Assembly (NCBI GenBank): GCA_963514005.1
Contig: OY740800.1
Location: forward strand, 28,706,001 to 28,770,000
Reading direction: 5' to 3'
From: Raja brachyura
Taxonomy: Eukaryota
DNA: 64,000 bases
Shown piece after piece: positions 25,671 through 37,389 of the stretch. Position numbers and translations under genes: made by a program. Every line of letters starts with the position of its first letter. Positions within the stretch are counted from its first letter, which is position 1. The notes beneath the pieces are model-generated. The model was given only the letters and a program-made list of their open reading frames with translations, was not told the origin of the DNA and made no database searches.

Positions 25671-26637
25671 TGTAAAACATGGTAAATGGTTGTTTTCTGT
25701 CTTCAAGTCAATTTCTTAACCTGCCACTGACCTGCTGCATGGTCCCACCATTTTCTGATTTTATATTAGATTCCCAGCATCTACAAGTTTATTGATTTTC
25801 TCCCCATCCCGTCATTGTTTTGTAACCTCCCAAAATGCGACAACACTCCTGCAGCAGAAATATTGGTCTCTTCTGAGGTCTGGCCTATCTGGCCTGTGGA
25901 GTTCCTTCCTCACCAAAAACAGTTCCCGTTCCACATGCATGAAGCCTCCCCATTGAATCATCTCTCCAGCTTTGGTTGGCTAGTACTGATATGGACCAAG
26001 ACCTCTAACTGCTCGCCCTCAAAGAAAATAGGAGCAGGAATAGCCCATTTAGCTCCTCAAGACTGCCCCACCCTGTAGCATGATCAACTCATCCTTTGTA
26101 CCACATCCCTAAGTACTCAATCTCCCACCCTTTTGAAAATTAAAAATTTCTAATGACAGGAGCAGGAGTAGACCACCTGGTCCTTCAAGCTTGCCCCACC
26201 ATTCAATACGATCACACTTTAAAGATTTACTACCTTCTGCGAGAAGGAATTTCTACCAGAGAACCACTTATACGTTACTTTGGGAATTGCCAAGTAGAAA
26301 AAAAAGTTGTCTACTGGGGAAAAAAATAGTCAAGGAAAAAAAGTTTCCATATAACCTCTGCAGTAATTAGGCAATATTTCCTCTTAAGAACACAGTCTAT
26401 CAGTTTCACCGCTGGTGGTCATTGAAAATTTACAAGCATTCGCTTCTAGTGACACAATGCAACATACAGACCTAAGTATTTATAGCAGTAACAAAAATAA
26501 TCCTATCATTATTGAAAAATCGGTATTTTTGATAGTCCTACAAGAGGTTTTTTTTTTTAAATTGTGTGTCTAAATCTCCCCCCCCCCCCCCCCCCCCAAA
26601 CTGTGCCCCCTCCCTTATTTGACACATTTGTTTTACA

Positions 26638-26850
26638 GCTTGTGGCCTCACTTTGACAGTGGAGGCCCAGGACAGAAAGGTAAGTGTGGGAATGGGAAGG
26701 GGAGGTAAAATGTTTGCCAACCGGGAGATCGTGTAGGCCAAGGCAGACTGCGCATAAGTGTTCAACTAAACGATTGCCCAGTATGCGCTTGGTCTTGCCG
26801 CTATACGGGAGACCACGCCGAGAACAACGGATGCAGTGGACGGGCCACAC
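26638..26850 (-). mobile_element. Penelope-like GIY-YIG endonuclease fragment
   Basis: Encodes VHCIRCSRRGLPYSGKTKRILGNRLVEH...DLPVGKHFTSPSHSHTYLSVLGLHCQSEAT, matching the PLE pattern VYCIxC..C.L.YIGETKR.L..RF.EH...PVA.HF. Confidence 0.85.
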
Positions 26851-27230
26851 GCCGGGAATATCCCACTGTAGACTCGGACCACCCTGTAGAACTCGACCCC
26901 GAGCCGTTGGCATCTACGAGACCCGCGCCGTCTGAGAGCCAGGAGGGACCCGCAAGCAACTGCACAGAGCGATAGCTATCCGGGGGGGGGCATAGAGAAC
27001 ACAAGGACCTGGCGGGGGAGGGGGGGGGGGTTGCTGCTGCCACAAGCAGCTGTGGATAGAACTGTTCTGTGAGCTTTTGTAACTTTTTTGCCGTCAAAAT
27101 TTGGCGACACTCATGTACTCCCTAGGTGAGGTCTGCTATATGATTTTACTGGGTTGTAAGCAAAACAAAGCATTTCACTGTACATGTGCCAACAGAATAC
27201 CTTTGAATCATTAACAACACAAGAATTCAA

Positions 27231-27324
27231 ATCTGAAGGAGGGTCTCGACCCAAAACGTCACCCTTTCCTTCTCTCCAGAGATGATGCCTGTCCCACTGA
27301 GTTACTCCAGCATTTTGTGTCTAC
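27231..27324 (+). mobile_element. Short PLE pLTR insert beginning at the hammerhead core
   Basis: TCTGAAGGAGGGTCTCGACCCAAAACGTC...TTTTGTGTCTAC, flanked by CAAGAATT(C/T)AA at 27220-27230 and 27325-27335. Confidence 0.7.
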
Positions 27325-27732
27325 CAAGAATTTAACTATCAGGCTACTATTAAAATACATGCAATTAAGCCCGTTTAACCTCAATGAAGTAACTCACTCC
27401 ATTTTACCACAAGGTCGCCTTGCTAGCTCTCTACCTCATTCACTGGGGTCCTGATGCGAAGTACATCCTGATCCTCTCTTCCTGGTCTGGCTGCTCCACT
27501 AATGGGCTCGATGGTGACTCTAGAGGTGGACTATTCGTCTCTCACTTACAACTTTGTGGACGTTCACAAGAGTATGAGCTGTGCATGGCTCATAGTTGAC
27601 GGTTCCCTTTGCATAACTGGATAGGGCGGTGTCATCTGTGGGAGATTTGCACTCAAACCGTGTCAGTAGTGAGAAACTTGGTGCTGGTGACAAATTCAAC
27701 GTAAAGAGATGCACGTCAATATGAACATCAGA

Positions 27733-27866
27733 AGTATGTAGGAAGGAACTGCAGATGCTGGTTTAAACTGAAGATAAACACAAAAAAGCTGGTGTAACTC
27801 AGCGGGTTAGACAGAATCTCTGGAGAAAAGGAATAGGTAACGGTTTGGGTTGAGACCCTTCTTCAG
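27733..27866 (-). mobile_element. PLE pLTR insert
   Basis: Full arm plus tail, ending at CTTCTTCAG. Flanked by ACATCAGA at 27725-27732 and 27867-27874. Confidence 0.7.
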
Positions 27867-27909
27867 ACATCAGATGCATCCCAAAATCATTGTCCCAGTG
27901 TACAAATTT

Positions 27910-28207
27910 GGGTGGTCATGGAGGCGCAGCGGTAGAGTTGCTGTCTTACAGCGCCGAAGGCCCGGGTTCAATCCCGACTACGGGTGCTGTCTGTACGGAC
28001 TTTGTACGTTCTCCCCGTGACTGCATGGATTTTCTCTGAGATCTTCGGTTTCCTCCAACACTCCAAAGATATACAGGTATGTAGGTTAATTGACTTGGTG
28101 AATGTGTAAATTGTCCGTAGTGTGTGTAGGATTGTGTTTCGAATGGTCTGTTTCTACGCTGTATCTCTCTAAACTAAACTAAACTAAACTAAACTAAACT
28201 AAACTAA
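27910..28207 (+). mobile_element. HE1-type V-SINE with a long (TAAAC)n tail
   Basis: A box GGCGCAGCGGTAG, B box GGTTCAATCC, V-domain and (TAAAC)7. Confidence 0.9.
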
Positions 28208-29109
28208 TACTAGTTTTAGACCCAAACATTCTTCACTTACAAGTCATCTTCTTCCACAGACGTGAGTAAGGCAACACGGCATCCAATAAATCAATTAGAA
28301 GCAAGTTCAAACCCTGCGTGAGGAAGTTCTCCTCACCCAACTATGAATAATACCTGGAATAATTCCCACATAAACAGCATGAGCAAAATTATTGAATAGT
28401 TATTTGATGTCAGAAATGGTAGGAGGAATTGGAGACTTCAAAGGAGGAATGTTCGAATTTTCATTTTTGTAATCAGACAGGAAAAAAGTGGTTTTAGACT
28501 TTCATTCAAATAATTAATTCTAACATCCATTTAATCTTTGCTCGTTTCCCACATTTTCCTCGCAGAACAGTTCCCATTTAATTATTTATATTATTTTTAT
28601 AAAATAAACTGAGAAAAATAAACGACCTGAAAGACATCCACTGATGTGTGTGTTTGGAATGTGTGAAAAACGTTACTCCAGTGGCACTAAAATGATGTTA
28701 AATCTTGTGTTAATCACAACAGATTTTTAATGAATTGATCCATTAATTTGATTTATTTTTCCTACAAAATGAGTTTTGTAATGAGTACAATTTTCCATGT
28801 TCCGATGCTAATGCTTGAGCCCCATTCCAAGGCCAATGAGAGCTAATGATTATGAATGCATTACTTTATTAAAGGCTGGCAGGACTAGGGGGCACAGAGG
28901 TAGACGTTTGGAGCAGTAAACTGCAAATGGAGAAAAAATAGAAAATACTGGAAACAATTAGGAGGTCAGGCAGTATATGTGGAGGGAGAAACCGAGTTCA
29001 TATTTCAGATCAGAGACCCGTCTTCAGAATTGTGAGCTCCTCTTCAGATTCTTCCCGATCTGCTGAGTGTTTCCAGCATTTTCTGTTTTAATTTCAGATT
29101 TCTAGCATC

Positions 29110-31090
29110 AATAGTTTATTTGATTCTCAATTACTTAAAATTGAAGGTTGTGCAGAGGAATGGAGCAAGGGTAACGACCTGTTGGACCGGGGAATTATGA
29201 CAAAGTGCATTTGGATTATGGAAAGATGGAAATGCAACGGGGTTATCCTAGTGAGAGACAAAGTGCTGGAGTAAATCAGCCGGTCCAAGGCATCTGTGGA
29301 CAAAATGGATAGGTTACGTTTCCAGTTAGGTCTGTCGAAGGGTCCCAACCCAAAATGTCACCTATCCATTTTCTCCAGAGTTGCTGCCAGACCCACTGAG
29401 TTAATTCAGCACTTTGCATCTATCTTTGGTATAAACCAGTATCTGTAGTTCCTTATTATTACATTAGGGTTATCTTAGTGGGTGAATTTAACTTTCCCAA
29501 TACTAACCAGAACTTGCTCAGTGCCAAAGCTTACATGCGGCAGAATTTGTGAGGTGTATCCAAGAGACTTTTGTGAAACAGTATGTGACTAGTCCAACCC
29601 GAGAAGGGAACTTGCTGGACCTAGTGGTCAGAAATGAGCCTGGTCAAGTGACTGGTGTTTCAGTGGAAGAGTATTTTGGGGATAGTGATCACCACTCTAT
29701 AACTTTAAGGTTGCTTTCAATAGGGAGAAGGCTGGACCTTGTGGGGAGGTGATAAATGACATTAAGGCAAACTACAATGTTATCAGGAAGAAGCCGAGGG
29801 GGGAAAGCTGGGAGCAATTGTTATTGGCTGTCCAAATCTGATATGTGGGAGTTGCTTGAAGGGCAAATGGTCGATGTTTAGAGCCAACATGTTCCAGTAA
29901 GGAGGAGGGATAAGGATGGCAAAGGAAGGAAGCACTGATTGACCAAAGAGATCATAAATTTGGTCAAAAACAAAAAGGAAGTGCATGCAAGGTTTAAGAG
30001 GATGGAATCAGATAGGGCCTTAAAGGAATATAAAGAAAGAAGGAAAGAACACAAGCAAGTGACTAGATGGGCCAATAGGGGCCATAAAATGGCTTTGACG
30101 AATGGCTTTAAAGAAAATTCAAATATTTGTGTACTTGTATTAAATACAAGAGGATAACCAGGGAGAAGGTAGGACTGCTCCAGGATAAAGGAGGGAATTT
30201 GTGCCTGGAATCTCGGGAGAAGGTAGGAGAATGGGGTTAAGAGGGAATACTACGGAAAAGGACATGAAGAACAGTGAGATCAGCATAGAGAATACTAACA
30301 TGCGAAGGAGGTTTGAGATTAAGGAGGTGGTGTTGGGGCTCGTGTAGTACATGATAGTGGTTAAATGTGGTCCAACTCCATAATTCCCTGAAAGTGGGAA
30401 TGCAAGTAGATAGAGTGGTAAAGAAGGCATATGGTATGCTTGCTTTCATAGGTAGGGACATTGAGTATAAGAGTCAGGAAGTCGTGATGCAGCTATCTAG
30501 GACTTTGGTAAGTCTGCATTTGGAGTAGTTAGTGCAGTTCTGGTCGCCTCATTACAGGAAGGATGTGGAAACTTTGAAAAGGATGCAGATGAGGTTTACC
30601 AGGATGATGCCTGGATTATGGGGTAATAGCTGCAGGGAGCAGTAAGACAGACTTGGATTGTTTTCTCTGGAACGCCAGATATTGTGGGGAGACCTGATAG
30701 AAGTATATAAAATTATGAGAGACAGCTCATGTCTCATATGAGAATCTTTCTCCCAGGAAAATCAAATACGAGAGTGCAGAGCTTTAAGGTGAGGAGGGGG
30801 AAGTTTAAAGAATGTCCAGGATTGGCAACACTGCCTCAGCCCCCTAGGTCCGCACTGCACTCTGGATTCATTCCTGATCTCACCACCCTTCATCGTCTTT
30901 TTCCTTTCTTCATCAGTCTCATGGTCATCTAGAGTTGTCAAAGAATACATCAGGATATAGATCAGCTACAGAAATGGGCGGGGAAATGGCAGATGGAATT
31001 TAGTCTGAGGAAGTGTGAGGTGTTGCAGTTTGGGAGGTGAAATCTAAGAGGAAAATATACATATAATGGCATGATTCTTAAAAGCATTGA
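29110..31090 (+). mobile_element. Fragmented CR1 ORF2 (APE endonuclease to RT C-terminus) with a pLTR fold-back inserted at 29254-29466
   Basis: QYVTSPTREGNLLDLV...GDSDHHSI (APE SDH motif) followed by later CR1 motifs. The insert is flanked by GGGTTATC(C/T)TAGTG at 29240-29253 and 29467-29480. Confidence 0.85.
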
Positions 31091-31375
31091 AACAGGCCCT
31101 ACGGCTCAACTTGTCCATGTCAACTAGGAAGCCCCTTCTATGCTAGTCCAATCTGCCTGTGTTTTGTCCATATCCCTCTAAACCTTTCCTATCATAAGGT
31201 CATAAGTGATAGGAGTTGAATTAGGCCATTTGGCCCATCAAGTCTTCTCCGCCATTCAATCATGGCTGATCTATCTCTCCCTCCTAACCCCATTCTCCTA
31301 CCTTCTCCCCATAACCTCTGACACCTTTACTAATCAAGAATTTATCTATCTCTGCCTTAAAAATATCCACTGACT
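31085..31375 (-). mobile_element. Two short CR1 3' tails
   Basis: Same 3'UTR as 1620-1810 (GGCCCATCAAGTC..CCATTCAATCATGGCTGATCTATC). Confidence 0.75.
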
Positions 31376-33229
31376 ATCATATCATATACTTGACTGCTTG
31401 ACTTACCTGCCATACCTGAGTCTTTTATCACCTTTAGTTGCTCACTGCCAGGTTGCGTTTAATAATGTTCCTCTGATGTATTGGGTGCATTGCCTTTATC
31501 ACTACAAAAGCATGAATTATGGTTGTTGATCAGGAATGTGATGCCCACTGATCTCTGTCCTTCGGGCTAGGTAGGGAAGTATTGAATGGCCTCGGGCTTG
31601 CTCCTGTGCTCTTGTGTTCAAGTGGGCACAGACCAGTTCTTGGCTTGTGTTCACTTGCAGAAAAGAGGAGAAATTAGGCAACAACTCAACAGCAAATTGT
31701 GACGAAGGTTTTACAACGCACTTGGCAACTGGGCTTCTATGCAATTTATACCTTTTTACTTTTTCCTGTATGAATGGTGTAAGTAGCTTAAATGTAATCA
31801 CAGAAATCTGAGTCAAGCCATTAGCAAATTTACTTGGGCAGATGTTTCTACGGATTATTTAACAACTTTTCAGCACTGCCTTGTAAAGAGCCTGGTTAAA
31901 GTGTTGTGACTTCTTCTTGGTTTATAGCCAACAGTCAGTGGTGTCACCATTCAAGCTTTAAAAAAATCGTCCACAGTGCAATAGTAACTCACCTTTTTAA
32001 AAATGGAATGAAAAATAATCTGAACATTGAGTCAAATTTTGGGCTTTGCAATAATTAAGTGTATATTGACAAGACTCTCAAGTGGATAGATTGTGTGGTT
32101 TTTTTTTAAAGAAACCTGCATTAGTTGGAGTATCTCATTAAAAAAAGTTAACATGCTCTTTTTTAATGACTAACCTCTCTCCCACCAATCAGAATCTAAT
32201 TTATTCTTTCGGCACAGCCTTAAACAATTAATTCAGTTATACTTCCCGTGCCTTTTCAAAAGGGAAATGGTGTGAATGTGAGTTTGAGCCAATGTCTTGG
32301 GCAAGTGAATAAATTCCTCATTAATTATATGACCGCTTAACACTGGGTGTCTCAACAAAAAGCTCTGCAATGTCATTGAAAACAAGGACCTTCTGCATTT
32401 TTCTGCTCTATGGATATTGCACTAATAAATTATCTTTGATAATGACTTCCCTTGGGAAGCAAAATAAGCCAGATAGTTGTAGGAAGAGGAAATGGGAACT
32501 GGGTGTTCACAGATAAATAGTCAATTTCACTGAGGAAGCAGCTTGCTGGCCTTTACATGGTCAACGGAACGAGGCCCAAAAGTCGCAGACAGGCGTTTTT
32601 TGATGCAGGATGGGACACACCTTGAGGTCCCAAGGAAATGAAAACAGTGGCTAACATAATCTTTTTTCCCTTGTGGGAGCTGTCACTATCACTGGCCAGG
32701 AGCCAAATAAGTCAAAATGATTTATACCGACAAGCTGTCTCTTTGAATCTAAGACAACTCACTTCTTCATTCATGGTCCAGCCCCATTGACTCTCCCCAA
32801 TGCTCACACCAACCCTACATCTCTGGTCAGACGCTTGTTTTAACAAAGTACTTATTATGTTTTTTACTCTTCGGTTTGTTGCCCTGGCAACATTTTACCT
32901 CTGATTAAGCTGCAGTACTCATTGTACTATATCTTAAAAAAAGCTTGTAGTACCAAGTATCGTTTGGTACTATAAGCTTTTTAAGATATATCATACATCA
33001 TATTATATATCAAATAGTTATTGTACCAAATATCAATATAAACATATTTGACACTTGGTACTATAAGCTGATACATATTATCGCACTGGCTGTATTGGAG
33101 AGACTGAAGAATAAACCGGTAAAGATGTCCTGCAGCACTGGAAGTGAGAATATAAAAGTGGACCAGTCAAAGGTGGGGAGCACCCTCTCACCCCCTTGGT
33201 ACCCTGGATAAGATAACTCGTTCAGCCCA

Positions 33230-33405
33230 AATCATTGCGACTGATTGTCTGGTCATTATCATGCTGCAGGTTCTGCGACCGTACTGTGCGCAAGTTGCCT
33301 GCCAGTTTCTCAAATTACAAAATTGACTGCACTTCCAAAGTATGTAATTGGCCATAACACACTATGGAACATACAGCGCTTGTGGAAGATGCTATATAAA
33401 TGCAC
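33230..33405 (+). mobile_element. Deu-domain SINE 3' relic
   Basis: GATTGTCTGGTCATTATCA...TGACTGCACTTCCAAAGTA...ATGCTATATAAATGCA matches the SacSINE1/LmeSINE-type 3' half as recalled. A related copy lies at 54020-54150. Confidence 0.6.
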
Positions 33406-33461
33406 CATATATTTTTATTAATTGATATCAGTGAGGGATTACAGTTTTGCCGTGCTCATTA

Positions 33462-33590
33462 NNNNNNNNNNNNNNNNNNNNNNNNNNNNNNNNNNNNNNN
33501 NNNNNNNNNNNNNNNNNNNNNNNNNNNNNNNNNNNNNNNNNNNNNNNNNNNNNNNNNNNNNNNNNNNNNNNNNNNNNNNNNNNNNNNNNN
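33462..33590. other. Assembly gap (N run) followed by a GA/GACA microsatellite (33610-33815)
   Basis: Run of N in the sequence. Confidence 0.99.
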
Positions 33591-33819
33591 TGCACGTGCG
33601 CGTATAGACGCACAGAGACCGAAGGAGGGAGACAAAGACATATATAGCCAGACAGAGACATAGAGAGAGAGAGAGAGAGAGTCAGACTGACAAAACATGG
33701 GGAGAGAGAGAACGAGACACTCAGACACAGATAGACAGAGAGACAGACAGGCAGAGAGATAGAGAAAAGACATAAAGAGAGACGCACACAGACACAGAGA
33801 GACAGACAGACAGACACAT

Positions 33820-33960
33820 GGACGGCACAGTAGCGCAGCAGTAGAGTTGCTGCATTACAGCACCAGAGAGCCGGGTTCGATCCTGACTACGGGTGCTGTC
33901 TGTACAGAGTTTGTACATTCTACCTGTGACCGGGTGGGTTTTCACCGGGTGCTCCACTTC
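33820..33960 (+). mobile_element. HE1-type SINE, 5' half only, ending at a poly-C tract
   Basis: A box, B box GGTTCGATCC and V-domain. Confidence 0.8.
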
Positions 33961-36164
33961 CCCCCCCCCCCCCCCCTTCTGCAAGCTAAGGTGCAGATTT
34001 CAAGAGGCCAAATTGCAGCTTTCAGGTACATAAATGTATGTCCTTAAATGAAATAAGATTGATTCATTGAGTTAGTTAAGTGATTCAGTTCTCCATATTG
34101 TGCCCTTTATCATCACTGCTCTGGAGCATTTTCTGTTAACTTGCAAGTTAATTTACATATCCCTATCTCCTGTGTATTCTAGCAACTGACTGGCACTCAG
34201 CAGTGCAGTTCTCATATCCCCAGTAATGTAGAATGTGTGAGGTTAGCAGTCTCTGCCACTGGTGATCTTCACTGACCTTAGTTAGAGGCTTGTGTTATCT
34301 AAGTACAGCACACCGTGAGAGGTCCTCAAAATGCCTCCTGTTGCTGAAGATTGACATCTGTTGGGTGATGTTTATTCCGATCTTTAAAATTAACACCTTC
34401 ATTTGCAGATTTGTAACAATCTCAGTGAGTTAATGGCCCATTACAGCTTCCTATCACCAAATATAAGCAAAGTGCCACGTTGGCAATTATACAAAGTAGA
34501 TACAGTAAGATATCACACTGTGTTTGATAGTATGTGATAGTGTGTGATTGCCTCAGTAGGTCACTTTTCCAAGGTCTAATTCACAGATTTGTGCACCTAA
34601 TCTGAATTTTTCGGACCGAGGGAGTTTACTACATTCAATATAAGTAAAGCAGCTCCAAGAACAACTGATATAGTTATATATATTCCTTCGCTCCGTAGAT
34701 GCTGCCTCACCTGCTGAGTTTCTCCTACACTTTTGTCTACCAACTGCTATAGAGATGCAGGAGATTGTAGATGTTTGGAATCTTGAGCAAAATAACAAGC
34801 TGCTGAGTGAGGTGCTCAGTGGGCCAGGCAGCATCTGTGGAGTGAAATGGATAATTCCCAATTTATGTACAGCCCATACATACGAACAAGTATTTGGAGG
34901 CCAGCGGGGTGGATTTGTTGGGTGCTGCAGACATCTGCTGCTGGGTAGGAACTATGTTTGTGGCCACATTTCCAACTTGCAAACTATTTGGATTATGAAC
35001 AGGTCTCAGGAGTGGAACCCTGGTAACCAGGCGGAGGATCTGCAAATGGACCAAGGCACATTCAATATAGCTGGGTTGAAGAGATTCGGGAAGAGTTTTG
35101 GGAAGAGTTCTAAGGAGGAGAGAAAAATGGAGAAACAAGTTTCAGTTGTCTACAGCCTTGCACCCTTCTTCATTACTTCTGTATATTGATCCTGCATTAC
35201 AACACCATGCCACCATGCTGTCTCTGATTCTCAATCTGACTGTTGTGAATTAAATGCTGGCACTCAGTATTCGTACCTCATCTCTTGTCCTGAGCGCAGT
35301 CACTGGCTGATCAAGCTCAGCGTGTGGGCTGTGGTTTTCCTCGGGCGAAAAAATGAATTAGGATTGGAATCCAGCTGTCTGCAACTGAACAACTCCAACC
35401 ACTGTAATTCACAGCCAGCTCTTGCTTTGGATATTTCTGAGTTGCAAGCCAAACATTCCTGTATTCTGGATGAATTGTAGGGGTACTTGTGAATAAAAGT
35501 GCTTGTGTAGAACTGATGTAATTTTCATGTTGGCATTTAAATTCAAATATATATATTTTATTATGGCCGTGGGCATTTATAATACCCTGTTGTGCCTGTG
35601 TTTACATGCAGGAATTTATATTTTCATTTACAAGACAGGAATTTTAAAGCTACAATATCTCTTTGAACTGGTACCAAGAGGGGGGTGTTTCATTTTCCCT
35701 GAATTAAAGCCTTTACAAAACAGCTCTGCATTTTTATTATAAATCTGCAAAAAAATTAATGTGTCCAGATTAATGCAAACAGACCGTGTTATTCACATTT
35801 TCCTGCAGTTTTTATTTTATTGGTACATATTTCATGTTAAATCATCTCTTCCACCCAGTATAAGTGGTTATTTGGTCGCAGCTGATTGCAGTTTTATTTT
35901 TTGTATGTATGCAATTTACATTCTTGCATGGGAAACCAAATTTATGAAATAGCGTTACCTGTTGACATACTTTATCAATGATGGGTTTGACTTTCAGAAA
36001 TGAATTGCAAACATACCCAAGAGTCCTTCCGCTTTGCATTTATCCTCGGGGAATTGGTTGCTCTATGAATCAGATGCCTTTCATTCAAATACCCGCGAGC
36101 CAATAGTGAATGTTGTTTCGATATTCTTTGGTGAGGAGTGAATCGTCAGTTTTGTCCACACACA

Positions 36165-36334
36165 NNNNNNNNNNNNNNNNNNNNNNNNNNNNNNNNNNNN
36201 NNNNNNNNNNNNNNNNNNNNNNNNNNNNNNNNNNNNNNNNNNNNNNNNNNNNNNNNNNNNNNNNNNNNNNNNNNNNNNNNNNNNNNNNNNNNNNNNNNNN
36301 NNNNNNNNNNNNNNNNNNNNNNNNNNNNNNNNNN
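36165..36334. other. Assembly gap (N run)
   Basis: Run of N after a CACACA stretch. Confidence 0.99.
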
Positions 36335-36754
36335 AAAAGAAATTACTTCGTTATGATCAAAAAAGGATGCTCAGGCACACTCTCTCACCCAGCCCCAAGG
36401 ATACATCCCAATGTTCCCGATGTTGGGAGAGTCCAGAACCTGGGGTCACAGTTTAAGAATAAGGGGTAGGCCGTTTAGGACTGAGATGAGGATACATTTT
36501 TTCACCCAGAGACTTGTGAATCTGTGCTGGCTCGAAGGGCTGAATGGCCTACTCCTGCACCTTTTTTCTATGTTTCCATACAAGGGTACTTTAGATATGC
36601 AAATCTAGCAGATATGCTCTGTGGTTCTCCCTAAGTGGTTGCAATCAATCAACTGTTGGATGATATCCTTTCCGCCCGATGAAATTTGACATAAAGATGT
36701 GGGTACAGATATGAATTTGCAGCCACAATGAAACATTGAATCTTTTTTTTTAGC

Positions 36755-37153
36755 AAAAACAAACAGCTTGGTGATCTCAGCGGGTCAAACAGCAGCATTT
36801 GTGGAGGAAACGGACAGATTACTTTTTAGAGCAGGATTCTTCTTCAACAGGTGCCAACTCAAAATGCCATTTGTCCATTTCTTTCCATGGCTGATGCCTG
36901 ACCCGCTGAGTTCATCCAGTAGTTAGTTTCCTGCTCAAGATTCCATCATCTGCAGCTTCTTCTATCTCTGTGTGGGAAGGAACTGCAGAAGCTGGTTCAC
37001 ACCGAAGATAGACACAAAAAACTGGAGTAACTCAGCGGGTCAGGCAGCATCTCTGGAGAAAAGGAATAGGTGATGTTTCATGTCACCTAAATGTCACCTA
37101 TTCCTTTTCTCCAGAGATGCTGCCTCACTCGCTGAGTTACTCTTCTACCTCTG
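36755..37153. mobile_element. Two adjacent PLE pLTR fold-backs (old ~36755-36960; younger 36971-37140 with its apex deleted)
   Basis: Inverted arms. The younger copy is flanked by TCTTCTA(T/C)CTCTG at 36958-36970 and 37141-37153. Confidence 0.75.
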
Positions 37154-37389
37154 AATCCTTTACAATTGAGTTGCAGCTAGCAATGCAGGTCAGAAGATCT
37201 AAACTGAGAACTCTGTTAGAATGAACAATGGACAACTGTCCTCACTTCATAAGGTATGTCAGGGCCAGCGGGAGGCATTGGAATTGTAGTTGATGCATTG
37301 ACTGTGTTAAATTTAACAGAATCATTAATTCACTTAGGAATTAGATTGTACATGATTTTTTTGTGAATGATTCAGAAAAGGCTAGTATG

